Source: an uncultured Gammaproteobacteria bacterium (GTDB taxonomy: Bacteria; Pseudomonadota; Gammaproteobacteria; Thiotrichales; Thiotrichaceae). Taken from it: a stretch of DNA of 64,000 bases. Of the stretch, positions 38,199-48,267 are shown in pieces. The DNA is taken from the NCBI GenBank assembly GCA_963847495.1, contig CAWJZX010000013.1:323716-387715 (forward strand). Direction: 5' to 3'. The notes under the pieces are model-generated. The model was not told where the DNA came from, searched no databases, and saw only the letters and a program-made list of their open reading frames with translations. Both the position numbers and the translations under genes were made by a program. Position 1 is the stretch's first letter. Every line of letters begins with the position of its first letter.

Positions 38199-39041
38199 TT
38201 ATTTGGTGATGATGATTTCTAAATATTCAGAAGGCACCATCATGGAGCCATCATTGGCGAGGTTGTGCTTTTGAATTAAGTTGTGGATATCTGCAGTTAA
38301 TTTATCGGCACTAGAATGGTCAAGGTTTTCGTACACTTTTAATACAGGTCCATAGTAATTCTTAAATAAATCTAACCAGTGCTGCGGTGATTGGTAACAG
38401 AAATTAAAGTTTTTTACTTTGGTTTCTATGGATGTTGCAGATGAAAAGTTTTGATTTAAGAACTCTTCTGTTCCCCAAAGTGCTGGGGAAACTAGACCTG
38501 CTGGAGGCGCAACATATTGTCCAATGGTTTTGAATAACTGGCCGATGAAACCTGGTGGTGTCCAGTTCGCCAAGCCAATTTTTCCACCCACTTTACATAC
38601 CCGAAATAGTTCAGATGCACTTTGTTTCTGATTTGGGGTAAACATTACTCCAAAGGTTGAAACAACATTGTCGAACTGGTTTTCATTAAAAGGCAAGTTC
38701 TCAGCATCGGTTGTTTGATATTCAATAGCTAAACCTTCAGCTTGTGCACGCCTTTCTGATTGATCCAATAATGATGTGACGTAGTCAGTCGAGATTACTT
38801 TGCAAAAACGTCTGGCTGCTGCCAAGGTTACATTTCCGTTGCCAGCCGCCACATCTAAAACAGTTTCACCTGCTTTTAGTCTCATTGATTCACACAGCAG
38901 TTCACCCGTGATTTGCAGGGTGATCCCAATACGTCCGTAATCTCCAGAACCCCAAGTCAATTGCTGCTTGGCTTTTATTGCATCATAGTCGGGGGTCGTG
39001 ATTACTTCTTTAATTGCTAGATTAGTCATTTTAAACTCCAT
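38199..39041 (-). CDS. Class I SAM-dependent methyltransferase
   Basis: 280 aa with SAM-binding motif I, VLDVAAGNGNV. Confidence 0.8.
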   Translation of the reverse strand: MEFKMTNLAIKEVITTPDYDAIKAKQQLTWGSGDYGRIGITLQITGELLCESMRLKAGETVLDVAAGNGNVTLAAARRFCKVISTDYVTSLLDQSERRAQAEGLAIEYQTTDAENLPFNENQFDNVVSTFGVMFTPNQKQSASELFRVCKVGGKIGLANWTPPGFIGQLFKTIGQYVAPPAGLVSPALWGTEEFLNQNFSSATSIETKVKNFNFCYQSPQHWLDLFKNYYGPVLKVYENLDHSSADKLTADIHNLIQKHNLANDGSMMVPSEYLEIIITK

Positions 39042-39245
39042 TGCTTAGTATCCTGATAAAAGATCCAGTAACGTAGGTTTTAATACGATTACCAGCTGTT
39101 TGTAATACTAGAGAATTACAACTTGACTAACTTGAAGATGATGTGGGGATTTTATGGAGGTTCTATGGGGAGAGAAAGCGCCTGGTTTTAGCAACAACTC
39201 CTTCTGTTGAGGAGTTTTAAAAAATGCTATTTAAGGGTACTACTA

Positions 39246-40778
39246 TTAACTTAATGCTAAAAACACATCGCGAAGCCGTTTACCTACAATTCCATCTATT
39301 TCCTCTATGGAAAGGTCGGGCTTGATTCGGTAGGCTTCTTTGTGGGTTGCACGTGCACTGTTGATGTCTGAACCTTTAGCCTGAACTACAGCAAGTACCA
39401 CCCGGGGTAAATAGGTATTATCATTTCGTTCACACGCTGCTTCCGCCTGTTTTTCAGCGTTTTCAAGATCCCCTCCAAGCATATAAGCAAGTGATAACAA
39501 TGCACCCCATACGGATAAGCGACTGTCTAGAGGACTTATTTTAATACCATGACTCAAATATTCTATGGCTTTGCTGATATCTTGCTTGAGCAGATAATAC
39601 GATCCCAGTGTAGACCATGCCTGTGCATTAGCAGGATTTACCTGCAATGCGTTCATTATGATGGGCTTTGCCCGGCTCAGCATACCAACATCCGCTAAGG
39701 CGCAACCCGAGTAGCCGAGTACGATAGAGTCCATGCTGTCAAGCTGTAGCGCACGTTCAGCCGCGGCAATCGCTTCCGCTTTGGTCTCATCTCGTTGCCC
39801 GAGTAATCCAACTCTATGCCCTAGTGCCAGAACCAATGCAAGATAAGCCGGGGTTTGGGCGAATGTTGGATCCAGCTCCTCGCTTTTTCGCAATAAATCT
39901 GCTGCCTCAAGAAAGGTACTCGCATGCCAACCTTTTAATGCTAATAATCCCGATGCCTGAAGGTAAAGTTGCTGAGCATTAGGTTGTTCCTCAATAGAAC
40001 GAACACTTTCATAGATTGCTTTATTTATCTGCGGTTCAAGCTTGGCAATAATATCAACCAGTAAATGATCTGTAGATTTTTCATTGCTACTGAGTGAATG
40101 AGTAAATCGTTCGGACCAAATACGGAATCCAGCTTTGGCGTCAATAAGCTGAATATTCAATCGAAGCTGGTCGCCCTGGTTGTGAAGACTGCTTTCGATA
40201 ATATAATGCACATTAATTTCTTCATGGATCTGACGGAGTGTAGGAAATAGATCAAGATTGCTATAACGCGCGCCCTGTGCACTTATTTGAAGTAATGGCA
40301 CTCTTGTGAGCATGACTTCAAGATCAGTGACAAAACCTTCTGAAAAGTTGATGGACTCTGGGGTATTAATCAGGTTTTTTATGGGTAAAACAAGGATAGA
40401 TAAATTTTGTTCTGAAGCTATTTTCTGATCTTCTGAGTGTCTGAGATTTGATACATTCGACTTGGATGTTTCTTGTTGAATATCACCGATAAAACGAAAT
40501 CCTCTGCCACGAACCGTCTGGATATATTCCTGTTTTTCACCGTTATCGCCTATTGCTTTTCTAGCACCTTTTATAGCGCTTGATACGGTGGAATCCGAAA
40601 CCAGTCGACCTGACCAGACTGTATCGATTAATTCATCACGACTCAGCACTACATTGGGTGTTTTAACGAAATGTATCAATAGATCAAATATAAGTGGCTC
40701 TACTTCTACTAACTGTCCGTTGCGTCGAAGCTGGAAACTATCCGCATCAATTTCAATATCAGCAAAATTAATCATCAT
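39246..40778 (-). CDS. Winged-helix (OmpR/CadC-type) DNA-binding protein with a C-terminal TPR domain
   Basis: 510 aa with an N-terminal trans_reg_C-like region (FQLRRNGQLVEVEPLIFDLLIHFV...LSRDELIDTVW) and a TPR-like C-terminus. Confidence 0.7.
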   Translation of the reverse strand: MMINFADIEIDADSFQLRRNGQLVEVEPLIFDLLIHFVKTPNVVLSRDELIDTVWSGRLVSDSTVSSAIKGARKAIGDNGEKQEYIQTVRGRGFRFIGDIQQETSKSNVSNLRHSEDQKIASEQNLSILVLPIKNLINTPESINFSEGFVTDLEVMLTRVPLLQISAQGARYSNLDLFPTLRQIHEEINVHYIIESSLHNQGDQLRLNIQLIDAKAGFRIWSERFTHSLSSNEKSTDHLLVDIIAKLEPQINKAIYESVRSIEEQPNAQQLYLQASGLLALKGWHASTFLEAADLLRKSEELDPTFAQTPAYLALVLALGHRVGLLGQRDETKAEAIAAAERALQLDSMDSIVLGYSGCALADVGMLSRAKPIIMNALQVNPANAQAWSTLGSYYLLKQDISKAIEYLSHGIKISPLDSRLSVWGALLSLAYMLGGDLENAEKQAEAACERNDNTYLPRVVLAVVQAKGSDINSARATHKEAYRIKPDLSIEEIDGIVGKRLRDVFLALS

Positions 40779-40948
40779 TCTTATACAAGAACCTTAGAAT
40801 TGATACATCATATTTAGCAACAATTAGTAAAATGCGATGCTCTAGACCAAGAGTATAGTAGCTATAGAGTTACTTATTGATTCAGGTCTGTGCATTTCAC
40901 AAAAACTATTAAAAGGAGTGTATAGGTTCTCCCTTATAATGATAAAAA

Positions 40949-41029
40949 GACACCTCCCTACTTTTAAGTGGTTTTTCATTTCGTTTTTTGAAATGACTAA
41001 AAGAACTTATGCAAAGCTAAGGCATTTTT
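40949..41029 (+). repeat. Short-form C-box element (head joined directly to tail C)
   Basis: GACACCTCCCTACTTTTAAGTGGTTTTTCATTTCGTTTTTTGAAATGACTAAAAGAACTTATGCAAAGCTAAGGCATTTTT. Confidence 0.85.
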
Positions 41030-41080
41030 CATATGCACCAAACAATTTACAGTCTGGTAAACAAAGTTATTTTCAATGAC

Positions 41081-41122
41081 TTGATCCATATCTAGTACAG
41101 ATAACGTCGCACAAGATAAAAT
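41081..41122 (+). promoter_or_regulatory. Class II FNR/Dnr-type promoter of nnrS
   Basis: TTGAT-ccat-ATCTA (41081-41094) matches 9 of 10 consensus positions. TAAAAT (41117-41122) starts 30 nt after the box centre, the same geometry as at hemN. The ATG at 41132 implies a very short or absent leader. Confidence 0.45.
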
Positions 41123-41131
41123 ACCGTCATT

Positions 41132-42322
41132 ATGAATATAGAACCGAAATTTACAGGCAAATTCGCCTTTCTGCATCTTGGGTTTCGGCCTTTTTTCTTT
41201 GTGGCGATCGCCTTTGCGCTAGTTTCGATATTGCTCTGGATGCTGATGTATTCCTATGGAATAACTCTTTTACCTGCAAGCTATCCCGGTGTTATCTGGC
41301 ACGCGCACGAAATGATTTTTGGTTTTACTACCGCTGTTGTATCAGGTTTTTTACTCACCGCCGTCAAAAACTGGACAGGCATTCAAACCATCAACCACAA
41401 ACCTTTACTCGCCGTGGTACTGCTCTGGTTGCTGGCGCGCATTCTGGCATTTATCCCAACAACATCGGCTTTGTATGCCCTCGCATTTGTTGATTGCCTG
41501 TTTCTGCTAAATATCACCATCGAAGTTACCCGCCCTATCATTAAAACAAAACAATGGAGTAACCTCGCCTTCAGCGCAAAACTGGCCTTGTTATTCGCCG
41601 CCAATGTGTTGTTCTATCTTGGCTTACTGGGATTCTATAACAACGGAATCAGCTATGGTTTATATGGCGGCTTCTATATGATTTTGGCGATTGTTTTTAA
41701 TATGGGAAGGCGCGTTATTCCCTTCTTTATCGAGAAAGGCCTCGGTTGTCCTTTTCAGGCAAAAAACTACCGCTGGGTTGATCTCAGCAGTTTAGTGTTC
41801 TTCCTGTTATTCGCACTCGCCGACATCATAAAACCCAACAGTACACTGGTTGCAATACTTGCCGCCGCGCTAGTTGTGATTCACGGCACACGCCTGTGCG
41901 GCTGGTATCACAAAGGCATCTGGAAAAAATCGCTGCTATGGGTGTTATATCTGGGATACGCCTGGGTTGTACTGGGGTTTGTACTGAAAATTGCCGCAGC
42001 GTTCTCACTGGTATCACCCTATATTGCCCTCCATGCGTTTGCCTATGGCGGCATCGGCATGATCACTTCAGGAATGATGGCGCGGGTTTCGCTAGGGCAT
42101 ACCGGTAACAATGTCTTTGAGCCACCGAAAATACTACAGCCAATATTTACCTTGTTATTCGCGGGCGCATTTGTCCGTGTTATCTTGCCGATTTTTCTAA
42201 ACCAGTATTACACTAATCTTATTCTCATATCTCAAGTCCTATGGATTCTGGCTTTTGTATTGTTCCTGATTAAATTTGCGCCGATGTTAATCAAGGCACG
42301 TGCTGATGGGCGTTATGGGTAA
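41132..42322 (+). CDS. nnrS: NnrS-family haem/copper membrane protein
   Basis: 396 aa, polytopic, with GFRPFF and the HAHEMIFGF motif. Confidence 0.85.
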   Translation: MNIEPKFTGKFAFLHLGFRPFFFVAIAFALVSILLWMLMYSYGITLLPASYPGVIWHAHEMIFGFTTAVVSGFLLTAVKNWTGIQTINHKPLLAVVLLWLLARILAFIPTTSALYALAFVDCLFLLNITIEVTRPIIKTKQWSNLAFSAKLALLFAANVLFYLGLLGFYNNGISYGLYGGFYMILAIVFNMGRRVIPFFIEKGLGCPFQAKNYRWVDLSSLVFFLLFALADIIKPNSTLVAILAAALVVIHGTRLCGWYHKGIWKKSLLWVLYLGYAWVVLGFVLKIAAAFSLVSPYIALHAFAYGGIGMITSGMMARVSLGHTGNNVFEPPKILQPIFTLLFAGAFVRVILPIFLNQYYTNLILISQVLWILAFVLFLIKFAPMLIKARADGRYG

Positions 42323-42339
42323 ATGATAATACTAGCGTC

Positions 42340-42445
42340 CCTTGTTTCGACCAGCAATCGACGCTTCCTTACGGAATCTACGGTAGACTTTCTTGGCTCT
42401 TTGGTAAGCCTAAGAAAGACCCTCCTACTTTCAAGGCATTTTTTG
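42340..42445 (+). repeat. Module D plus C-box head
   Basis: TTTCGACCAGCAATCGACGCTTCCTTACGGAATCTACGGTAGACTTTCTTGGCTCTTTGGTAAGCCTAAGAAAGACCCTCCTACTTTCAAGGCATTTTTT. Confidence 0.85.
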
Positions 42446-42453
42446 ATAAATGC

Positions 42454-44463
42454 CTAACAAACCATCTCCGCAGTCACTTTAGCACTTATCAAACCACTAT
42501 CGTCCTCGATACCGGGAATATCGATACGGTCAATGTGCAGTTTAATTTCATCGCTTTGCTGAAGCTCCCCGCCTTTGATCTGCACATCTTTCTTAACGCC
42601 CTCGGTTGCCAGTTCACTGGCGATTTGCAGTGCTTTTGTGGGAGTGCTGGTTCTAATAACTTCTTCTCGCGCATGAATCAGAAAACCACCGCCTTCATTC
42701 AAGGTTATTTCAATACAGCAACTGGATTTAATGTGCCCTACCGCCGCACCGATGGCATTCGCTACAGCGCTGTGTTCAGGCACAATTATTTTCTGACCCA
42801 AGCGTTCTGCGACGGCTGGATAGAATATTCCCGCTGGCCCACCGACCGCGACTAGTGGAATCCGCGAATGAAATTTTACTTGTAGATCATTTATCACGCC
42901 CTTGCCGGTTGCCACGATTGTTACCAGGTTATCGGCAGAATCAAACTTGCGGCCAGTTAATTGATCGATGAGTAATCGGGTACTTTTTTCGACCACTGCA
43001 TCGTGGACTTCCTGCGCCAGATTTTGTATTTGCATCTCGGTATTCGTGCCAGTAACCCGTCCTGTGGCGCGACCCAATAGTTCACAAGTGTACAACGCGG
43101 CCTGTCTATTCCACTGCGATTGCAGTCCCAGCACATGCGCGGCATCGCTAGGGGTAAAACCCGACATCCGGACAACACCGCGATTCATCAGGCGGCGCAA
43201 ACAACTCCTGTCTTTTGCGGATGCGACTGCAACTCGAAATGCTACAGGCTTCTCGGTGCTGAGATTAGACATAAAATCCAGCTCATAATCACTAAAGTCT
43301 TGTGCCTCACAGGATGATTGTAATAACAGATATTGTAGCGCTGAATTCATACCACTATTAGCAGATAAGGCATTTTTCAATTCTATTTCGATGTGTGGAA
43401 AGCGCATCGCCAGCATCGACAATGGCAAGGCACGATTGGCGCGTAAATGCAGCTTCGACAATCCGTCAATCTCGACTTCACTATCGCCGCCGAGCCCCAT
43501 GGTTTTCATATCGATGGCTTTGACCAAAGTACGATATCCGCCAACATCAGCGCCGTCATTATTTAACGCAGGCCAGCCGTCCACTACGGTTGCGGCATCG
43601 GTGGTGGTGCCACCAATATCAGAAATCAAAAAATCAGACTCACCTGTCAAATACCTGGCACCAATAACGCTGGCGGCAGGCCCGGACATGATTGTTTCTA
43701 TCGGTGAATAGATGACCGATTCGGCACTCGCGATAGAAGCATCGCCCTTGACTATCATGATCGGCGCATCCAGACCCAGTTCGTGCATCGATTTACGAAT
43801 TGCGGTCTCCAGCTGTATAATTAAAGATACAATTTGTGCATTGAAGGCAGCAGTAAGCGCACGACGCGGGCCATTCAGTGAATCAGACAAATCACAGGAT
43901 GCCGTAACAGGCGCACCGGTTAATCCACGAATCAATTCCTGAGCTGTTCTTTCGTGAGACTGATTGCGTACAGAATAGTGACCTGCAACCGCAAATGCCT
44001 CGATCTTGCCAAACCCTCCCGAAAGAGCTTCACGAATCGCACCCGTATCCAGCGCTTGCTGTTCCTGACCGGTGTAGACGTGCCCTCCATTGATACGAAT
44101 CACCTTCGCATCGGGAATCGCCTGTGCTATCTGGGTGCGCTCTTCCATTGCATCATTAAAGCCCAACAAAAAAACGGCGACTGATGAACCCTGGCCTTCT
44201 ACCCGCGCATTGGTCGCCAAAGTAGTCGAAAGCGATACATGCGCAACATCAGTCAGCTTAAACTGTCCATCGCCGTCTTTAATACTACAAGCACTTGCAG
44301 CTTGTAACGCGCTTGCGAGCGCATCGATAATGCCTGACGATAAATTACCATGCGTGGTTAATGATTTGGCGCTCGCCAGAATTTTGCGTTGAGCGGTATT
44401 GACCACAACAGCATCCGTATAAGTGCCGCCGGTATCTATGCCTATCGTATAGTGTTTCGTCAT
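42454..44463 (-). CDS. Hydantoinase/oxoprolinase-family protein (HyuA-like)
   Basis: 669 aa with N-terminal IGIDTGGTYTDAVVV and a second ATPase-fold motif, ISDIGGTTTDA. Confidence 0.8.
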   Translation of the reverse strand: MTKHYTIGIDTGGTYTDAVVVNTAQRKILASAKSLTTHGNLSSGIIDALASALQAASACSIKDGDGQFKLTDVAHVSLSTTLATNARVEGQGSSVAVFLLGFNDAMEERTQIAQAIPDAKVIRINGGHVYTGQEQQALDTGAIREALSGGFGKIEAFAVAGHYSVRNQSHERTAQELIRGLTGAPVTASCDLSDSLNGPRRALTAAFNAQIVSLIIQLETAIRKSMHELGLDAPIMIVKGDASIASAESVIYSPIETIMSGPAASVIGARYLTGESDFLISDIGGTTTDAATVVDGWPALNNDGADVGGYRTLVKAIDMKTMGLGGDSEVEIDGLSKLHLRANRALPLSMLAMRFPHIEIELKNALSANSGMNSALQYLLLQSSCEAQDFSDYELDFMSNLSTEKPVAFRVAVASAKDRSCLRRLMNRGVVRMSGFTPSDAAHVLGLQSQWNRQAALYTCELLGRATGRVTGTNTEMQIQNLAQEVHDAVVEKSTRLLIDQLTGRKFDSADNLVTIVATGKGVINDLQVKFHSRIPLVAVGGPAGIFYPAVAERLGQKIIVPEHSAVANAIGAAVGHIKSSCCIEITLNEGGGFLIHAREEVIRTSTPTKALQIASELATEGVKKDVQIKGGELQQSDEIKLHIDRIDIPGIEDDSGLISAKVTAEMVC

Positions 44464-44603
44464 TAATTTATAATTCTGTGATGAATTGAAATTTTACTTG
44501 ATAGACAACGATATCAAACAGCTTATATTAAACGACTAAACAGCTTTCGCACGCTTTATTTTCTGCGTCACGTGCTGAGGTAATTGCGCCAAAGAAGATA
44601 AAT

Positions 44604-44631
44604 GACGCCCCCTACTTTCTGGCACTTTTTC
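44604..44631 (+). repeat. C-box head
   Basis: GACGCCCCCTACTTTCTGGCACTTTTTC. Confidence 0.75.
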
Positions 44632-44768
44632 AGCTATAGTAGCCGCACCCTTCAAAATAATTAACGGCTTCACATCTTAATGATTTTTCAGCAAACAACA
44701 CCCGTAATCACCTTTAGTGTTCCTGCTTCGCCGCAAGAATATTTTCAGGCTGAGCTATTACTTTTTCA

Positions 44769-45074
44769 TTGGAAAAATTTGCGAAGTATCCGAAACATAG
44801 AATCATGCTTTTCGTCAGTCAGCAAGATGAGCAACAAGACAATTATCAAGAAAATCAGAAAATTACTGATTATTTAAACAAACACAATTATCCCTTTCAT
44901 CTGATTGGGCCTGATATGAGCGAAACTTTTGTAGAGCATCAACAAGCACTGCTGTTCAATACGGATATTTTTGTGTTGGGTGAATTCTCGAATAAGTTAC
45001 TTACAGAAGAAAACTCCAATAACTCAGAGCCGTATCTCTATAGAAGAAAGCAGTTCACTGCCCTACACCACTGA
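44769..45074 (+). CDS. Hypothetical protein
   Basis: ORF only; no family recognised and the start is uncertain. Confidence 0.25.
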   Translation: MEKFAKYPKHRIMLFVSQQDEQQDNYQENQKITDYLNKHNYPFHLIGPDMSETFVEHQQALLFNTDIFVLGEFSNKLLTEENSNNSEPYLYRRKQFTALHH

Positions 45075-45103
45075 ACTATCAAGACCACCTTACGCCTTTT
45101 GGA

Positions 45104-45392
45104 TTGATAAACGAATCTGAGATGATCGACCCAGACGTTTTAAAAGCCATAGAAACCGCTAACAAAGCGATTACCTCGCAGACTCAGTTTGAGTTCTTCA
45201 ATGACTACAATAAATCCTTAAGTAAAAATTCAGCTCAAACAGCCGCAAGTAAAGATTTCGGTAAGATGCGGACCTCAAAGAATTGAATAAGGTACTTTCT
45301 GCTTATTCGACAGAGAGTCTAATTGATGAGGAATCCAGAGAACGGGTAATCAGGATGATTGCTTTGCTTTACCCGGTAGAAACAGAATAGTG
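45104..45392 (+). pseudogene. Possible frameshifted small gene
   Basis: ORF 45104..45286 ends ...KDFGKMRTSKN*. The -1 frame continues DADLKELNKVLSAYSTESLIDEESRERVIRMIALLYPVETE* up to 45392. Confidence 0.25.
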
Positions 45393-45420
45393 AGATCGAG
45401 AAAAAGATTAGCTGGATAAC

Positions 45421-46740
45421 TTAGCTGGAAAACAATGTAGTACGCTGCTGTTTTTTTATCTCTGAGCTTATGCTTTTCTTTACACCAGCCTCCTTTGCAA
45501 ATTCCATCCACTTATCAACAGCAGTTAACACCTCATTTAGTATTTCTTCTGGCCTGGAGATACTGATAGATTTTCCCGTGTAAATTAATTCTTCTTTGGT
45601 GAAATGGTCACGTTTACCATTCACACTCATCTGATGTTGATTCGTCCACTTACCAGCAGGATTGTGTGAATAGGTCACATCATAAGCGGGAGATAATTTC
45701 CATTTTCCATCAGTGCCCATTAGAAATGAAATGTTTTTAGTGTGATCATCCTGATTGCGCGCAATAATATTAAACAACATTCGGCGATACTGTTCTGTTG
45801 CCTCGGCTTTGCTCAGGCGTAATTTACGCATAACTTCAAATGCCCGTTCATAACTATAAGCACCTGCCATATTAAAATCATAGTGCGCGATCCCGCATAG
45901 CGTTTGCATATGTTGTTTATTTCCATTCACACGGTCAAAGCGTTTTGTCATGAAATGAGCGCGACCATTCTCCTCTAACAGCTTGCATTGCGTCATTTCT
46001 ATTCCGGCATCTTTTGCCATGAGATGATAGGCATATTCAATGCGGCCATATTCTCTAGGTTCACCTAACTCAAGATCAGTAACGCCATCAAATTTCAGTA
46101 GCCAATAGTCATATCCTTTGGGTACATTAGCTTGACCAGACACTACTTTACCTTTGTCATTCATCGCAATAACGGCTTTCGGCCTGGCGCCACCTGCTGA
46201 TGTGCCAACACGTAAAATATCTAAAATTGCGTCAGCATTTTCATGATCGTTGCCACCAATTTGAACATCTAAGCCCTTGCGTTCATTCATGACTTCTTGA
46301 GCAAGTTTAACCAGTTCAGATATCTCTACTGCGACTGAATCATCATGCTTTTCAATAACCGTAGGTAAAAACTCCAAAGCACCCATACCCCGTTTACCGG
46401 TATAGCAAAGCCTTTCTACAGGGCTAAAGCTAGAACTATCCCGGCCATTTCGTGCTAACCACTCATCAATGATGCTGTTACCAAATTTATCAGGTAAAGC
46501 ATCAGCCAACATGCCTGGCAGTCCTAAAAAAGTGTCCTTATTGAGCGATGAGAATGAGAACTTGCCATCGCCTGTTCTGGCATCATTTAAGCTCATCATG
46601 ATAGGTGAAACATCAAGCTCCTTTTTGAGGAAGTCTTTATCATATTCAAAAATTGCATACTCACGATCATCCAGCCATGCTACTGCTCCAACAGTATCAC
46701 CCCATAATTTCACAATGGCAGTATCAATCTTTTTCACCAT
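45421..46740 (-). CDS. hipA: Type II toxin HipA (Ser/Thr kinase)
   Basis: 439 aa with an N-terminal HipA coupling domain and the catalytic region ARNQDDHTKNISFL. It overlaps the upstream HTH gene. Confidence 0.88.
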   Translation of the reverse strand: MVKKIDTAIVKLWGDTVGAVAWLDDREYAIFEYDKDFLKKELDVSPIMMSLNDARTGDGKFSFSSLNKDTFLGLPGMLADALPDKFGNSIIDEWLARNGRDSSSFSPVERLCYTGKRGMGALEFLPTVIEKHDDSVAVEISELVKLAQEVMNERKGLDVQIGGNDHENADAILDILRVGTSAGGARPKAVIAMNDKGKVVSGQANVPKGYDYWLLKFDGVTDLELGEPREYGRIEYAYHLMAKDAGIEMTQCKLLEENGRAHFMTKRFDRVNGNKQHMQTLCGIAHYDFNMAGAYSYERAFEVMRKLRLSKAEATEQYRRMLFNIIARNQDDHTKNISFLMGTDGKWKLSPAYDVTYSHNPAGKWTNQHQMSVNGKRDHFTKEELIYTGKSISISRPEEILNEVLTAVDKWMEFAKEAGVKKSISSEIKKQQRTTLFSS

Positions 46741-47066
46741 TCTGGATCATCCTTTGCCTGAGGTTTGAGGCGTTCACCTGATGCTCTTTTTCGTTCATGA
46801 CCTTGCATTTTGGCTAACTGCATTGGACTAATTGAAATCTCAGGTATGAAATTATCCAGCTGATCCAGAGCTTCAAGTTCTCTTAAAACAGCGATAAGCG
46901 TTGACAGCTTGCTGCGACCTGATTCAAGAGACTTAATGGAATTCAGTGATAATGTTGTCGCTTCCGCCAGTTCTTTCTGGGTAATATTTTTACGCAGGCG
47001 AAGTGCTTTAATACGATGACCAAGCTCTTTTTCTATCGCTTTATCTGAAAGAGTATAAAAATCCAT
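46734..47066 (-). CDS. hipB: HipB-like XRE-family HTH antitoxin
   Basis: 110 aa with the HTH LRKNITQKELAEATTLSLNSIKSLESG. It overlaps hipA by 7 nt. Confidence 0.8.
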   Translation of the reverse strand: MDFYTLSDKAIEKELGHRIKALRLRKNITQKELAEATTLSLNSIKSLESGRSKLSTLIAVLRELEALDQLDNFIPEISISPMQLAKMQGHERKRASGERLKPQAKDDPEW

Positions 47067-47294
47067 AATAGCCTCAAAAAAGTCTACAAAGTGCTTTTTT
47101 TATAAAAATAGCCCTTAAATAGTTCATTATAGATCAATTGCAGATAATTTCAAGAGAGGAGCTTTATAACAGCCTTAAATAAGTTTATATTATAGATTTA
47201 TTCTTATTAAAAGACCTAGATAAGACTCTTATTCTACTGCTATTCTCCTGTAAACCACCTTTTAAAGAAAGTTATTATCTCGCTAACACTCAAC

Positions 47295-48194
47295 TCAATT
47301 TTTCTTAAACAACTTCATCGCATTATCCATCTTTATCTTCTGCGCTATATCATCGGGCAATTGCGCTAACCAGCTGCGGTGAAAGCCCCAGAATCTGCCA
47401 AGCTGCTGCCAGCCGCTATCAGGTTCGTCCCAGCTATCCAGCTGTTCCACCGGCCACACAGTGTCCGAACCAACCACAAATCTATCCGGATATTTTAGAA
47501 ACAAGGCCTTCCACTCTGGCAATAAAACGCCCTTCTCGTCTGCAATCGGGTTGCTCACATACCGCCACGGATCACGCGCCGCCATGCCGCTCCAGACATT
47601 CGGACACTTCTGCATTGCTTCATCGACGTGCTCGGGCTTGAGAACAGCACCGGCGTGCGCCCAGATGATTTTGCTTTGCGGATGACGCTGGCAGATCGCC
47701 AGCATATAATTTGGCCGGGAGAATTCGGTGTGAATCATTATCGGCACATCGTGCTTAACCACCAGTTTCAGCAAACCATTTAAAACCGTGGAAGAATCCA
47801 GTTTGCGCGCAAAACCGCCACCGATTATATGTAACTCACCGATGCCCTGATATTCACCTGACTCCAAAGCTTTACGTGCATCGACCAATACACTTTCCTT
47901 ACGCTGCCACATAAACCAATCCTGCGAATCACGATACGGGCTAAAAATTGCGATAACTTTATCCGGTGCGAGTTTTTTCAAAAGCAGCGCATTTTCGGCA
48001 GGCTTGCCGATAACCACCGCATGCGCGATATTGTATTCAGCCAAAGCGGCAACCGCATCTTCGGGCGAGGTGACTTCCTTCTGGCTCCATTTGTAATGCA
48101 TATGCATATCGAAGACTTCGTCATTGGCATTGACTCCCCTCGCCAAACAACACGACAGAAATAATAGATAAGTTTTGATGAATATTTTAAGCAT
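47295..48194 (-). CDS. Secreted amidohydrolase-family protein
   Basis: 299 aa with a signal peptide, the HxH motif (DMHMHY), and HTEF and WAHAG motifs. Confidence 0.7.
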   Translation of the reverse strand: MLKIFIKTYLLFLSCCLARGVNANDEVFDMHMHYKWSQKEVTSPEDAVAALAEYNIAHAVVIGKPAENALLLKKLAPDKVIAIFSPYRDSQDWFMWQRKESVLVDARKALESGEYQGIGELHIIGGGFARKLDSSTVLNGLLKLVVKHDVPIMIHTEFSRPNYMLAICQRHPQSKIIWAHAGAVLKPEHVDEAMQKCPNVWSGMAARDPWRYVSNPIADEKGVLLPEWKALFLKYPDRFVVGSDTVWPVEQLDSWDEPDSGWQQLGRFWGFHRSWLAQLPDDIAQKIKMDNAMKLFKKN

Positions 48195-48229
48195 TCGTTT
48201 TGAAACACTCTTTTAATAAAAAATAGAAA

Positions 48230-48257
48230 GACACCCCCCTACTTTCTGCCTGTTTTT
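48230..48257 (+). repeat. C-box head
   Basis: GACACCCCCCTACTTTCTGCCTGTTTTT. Confidence 0.75.
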
Positions 48258-48267
48258 AGCCAGTTTT

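Noticed and set aside
39138-39216. A tiny ORF (MMWGFYGGSMGRESAWF) followed by the hairpin AACTCC-N9-GGAGTT as a leader peptide or attenuator
   Set aside because: There is no Shine-Dalgarno sequence. The hairpin is weak, with only a short T-run, and there is no downstream + strand gene to regulate. The hairpin may simply follow the minus-strand regulator gene.
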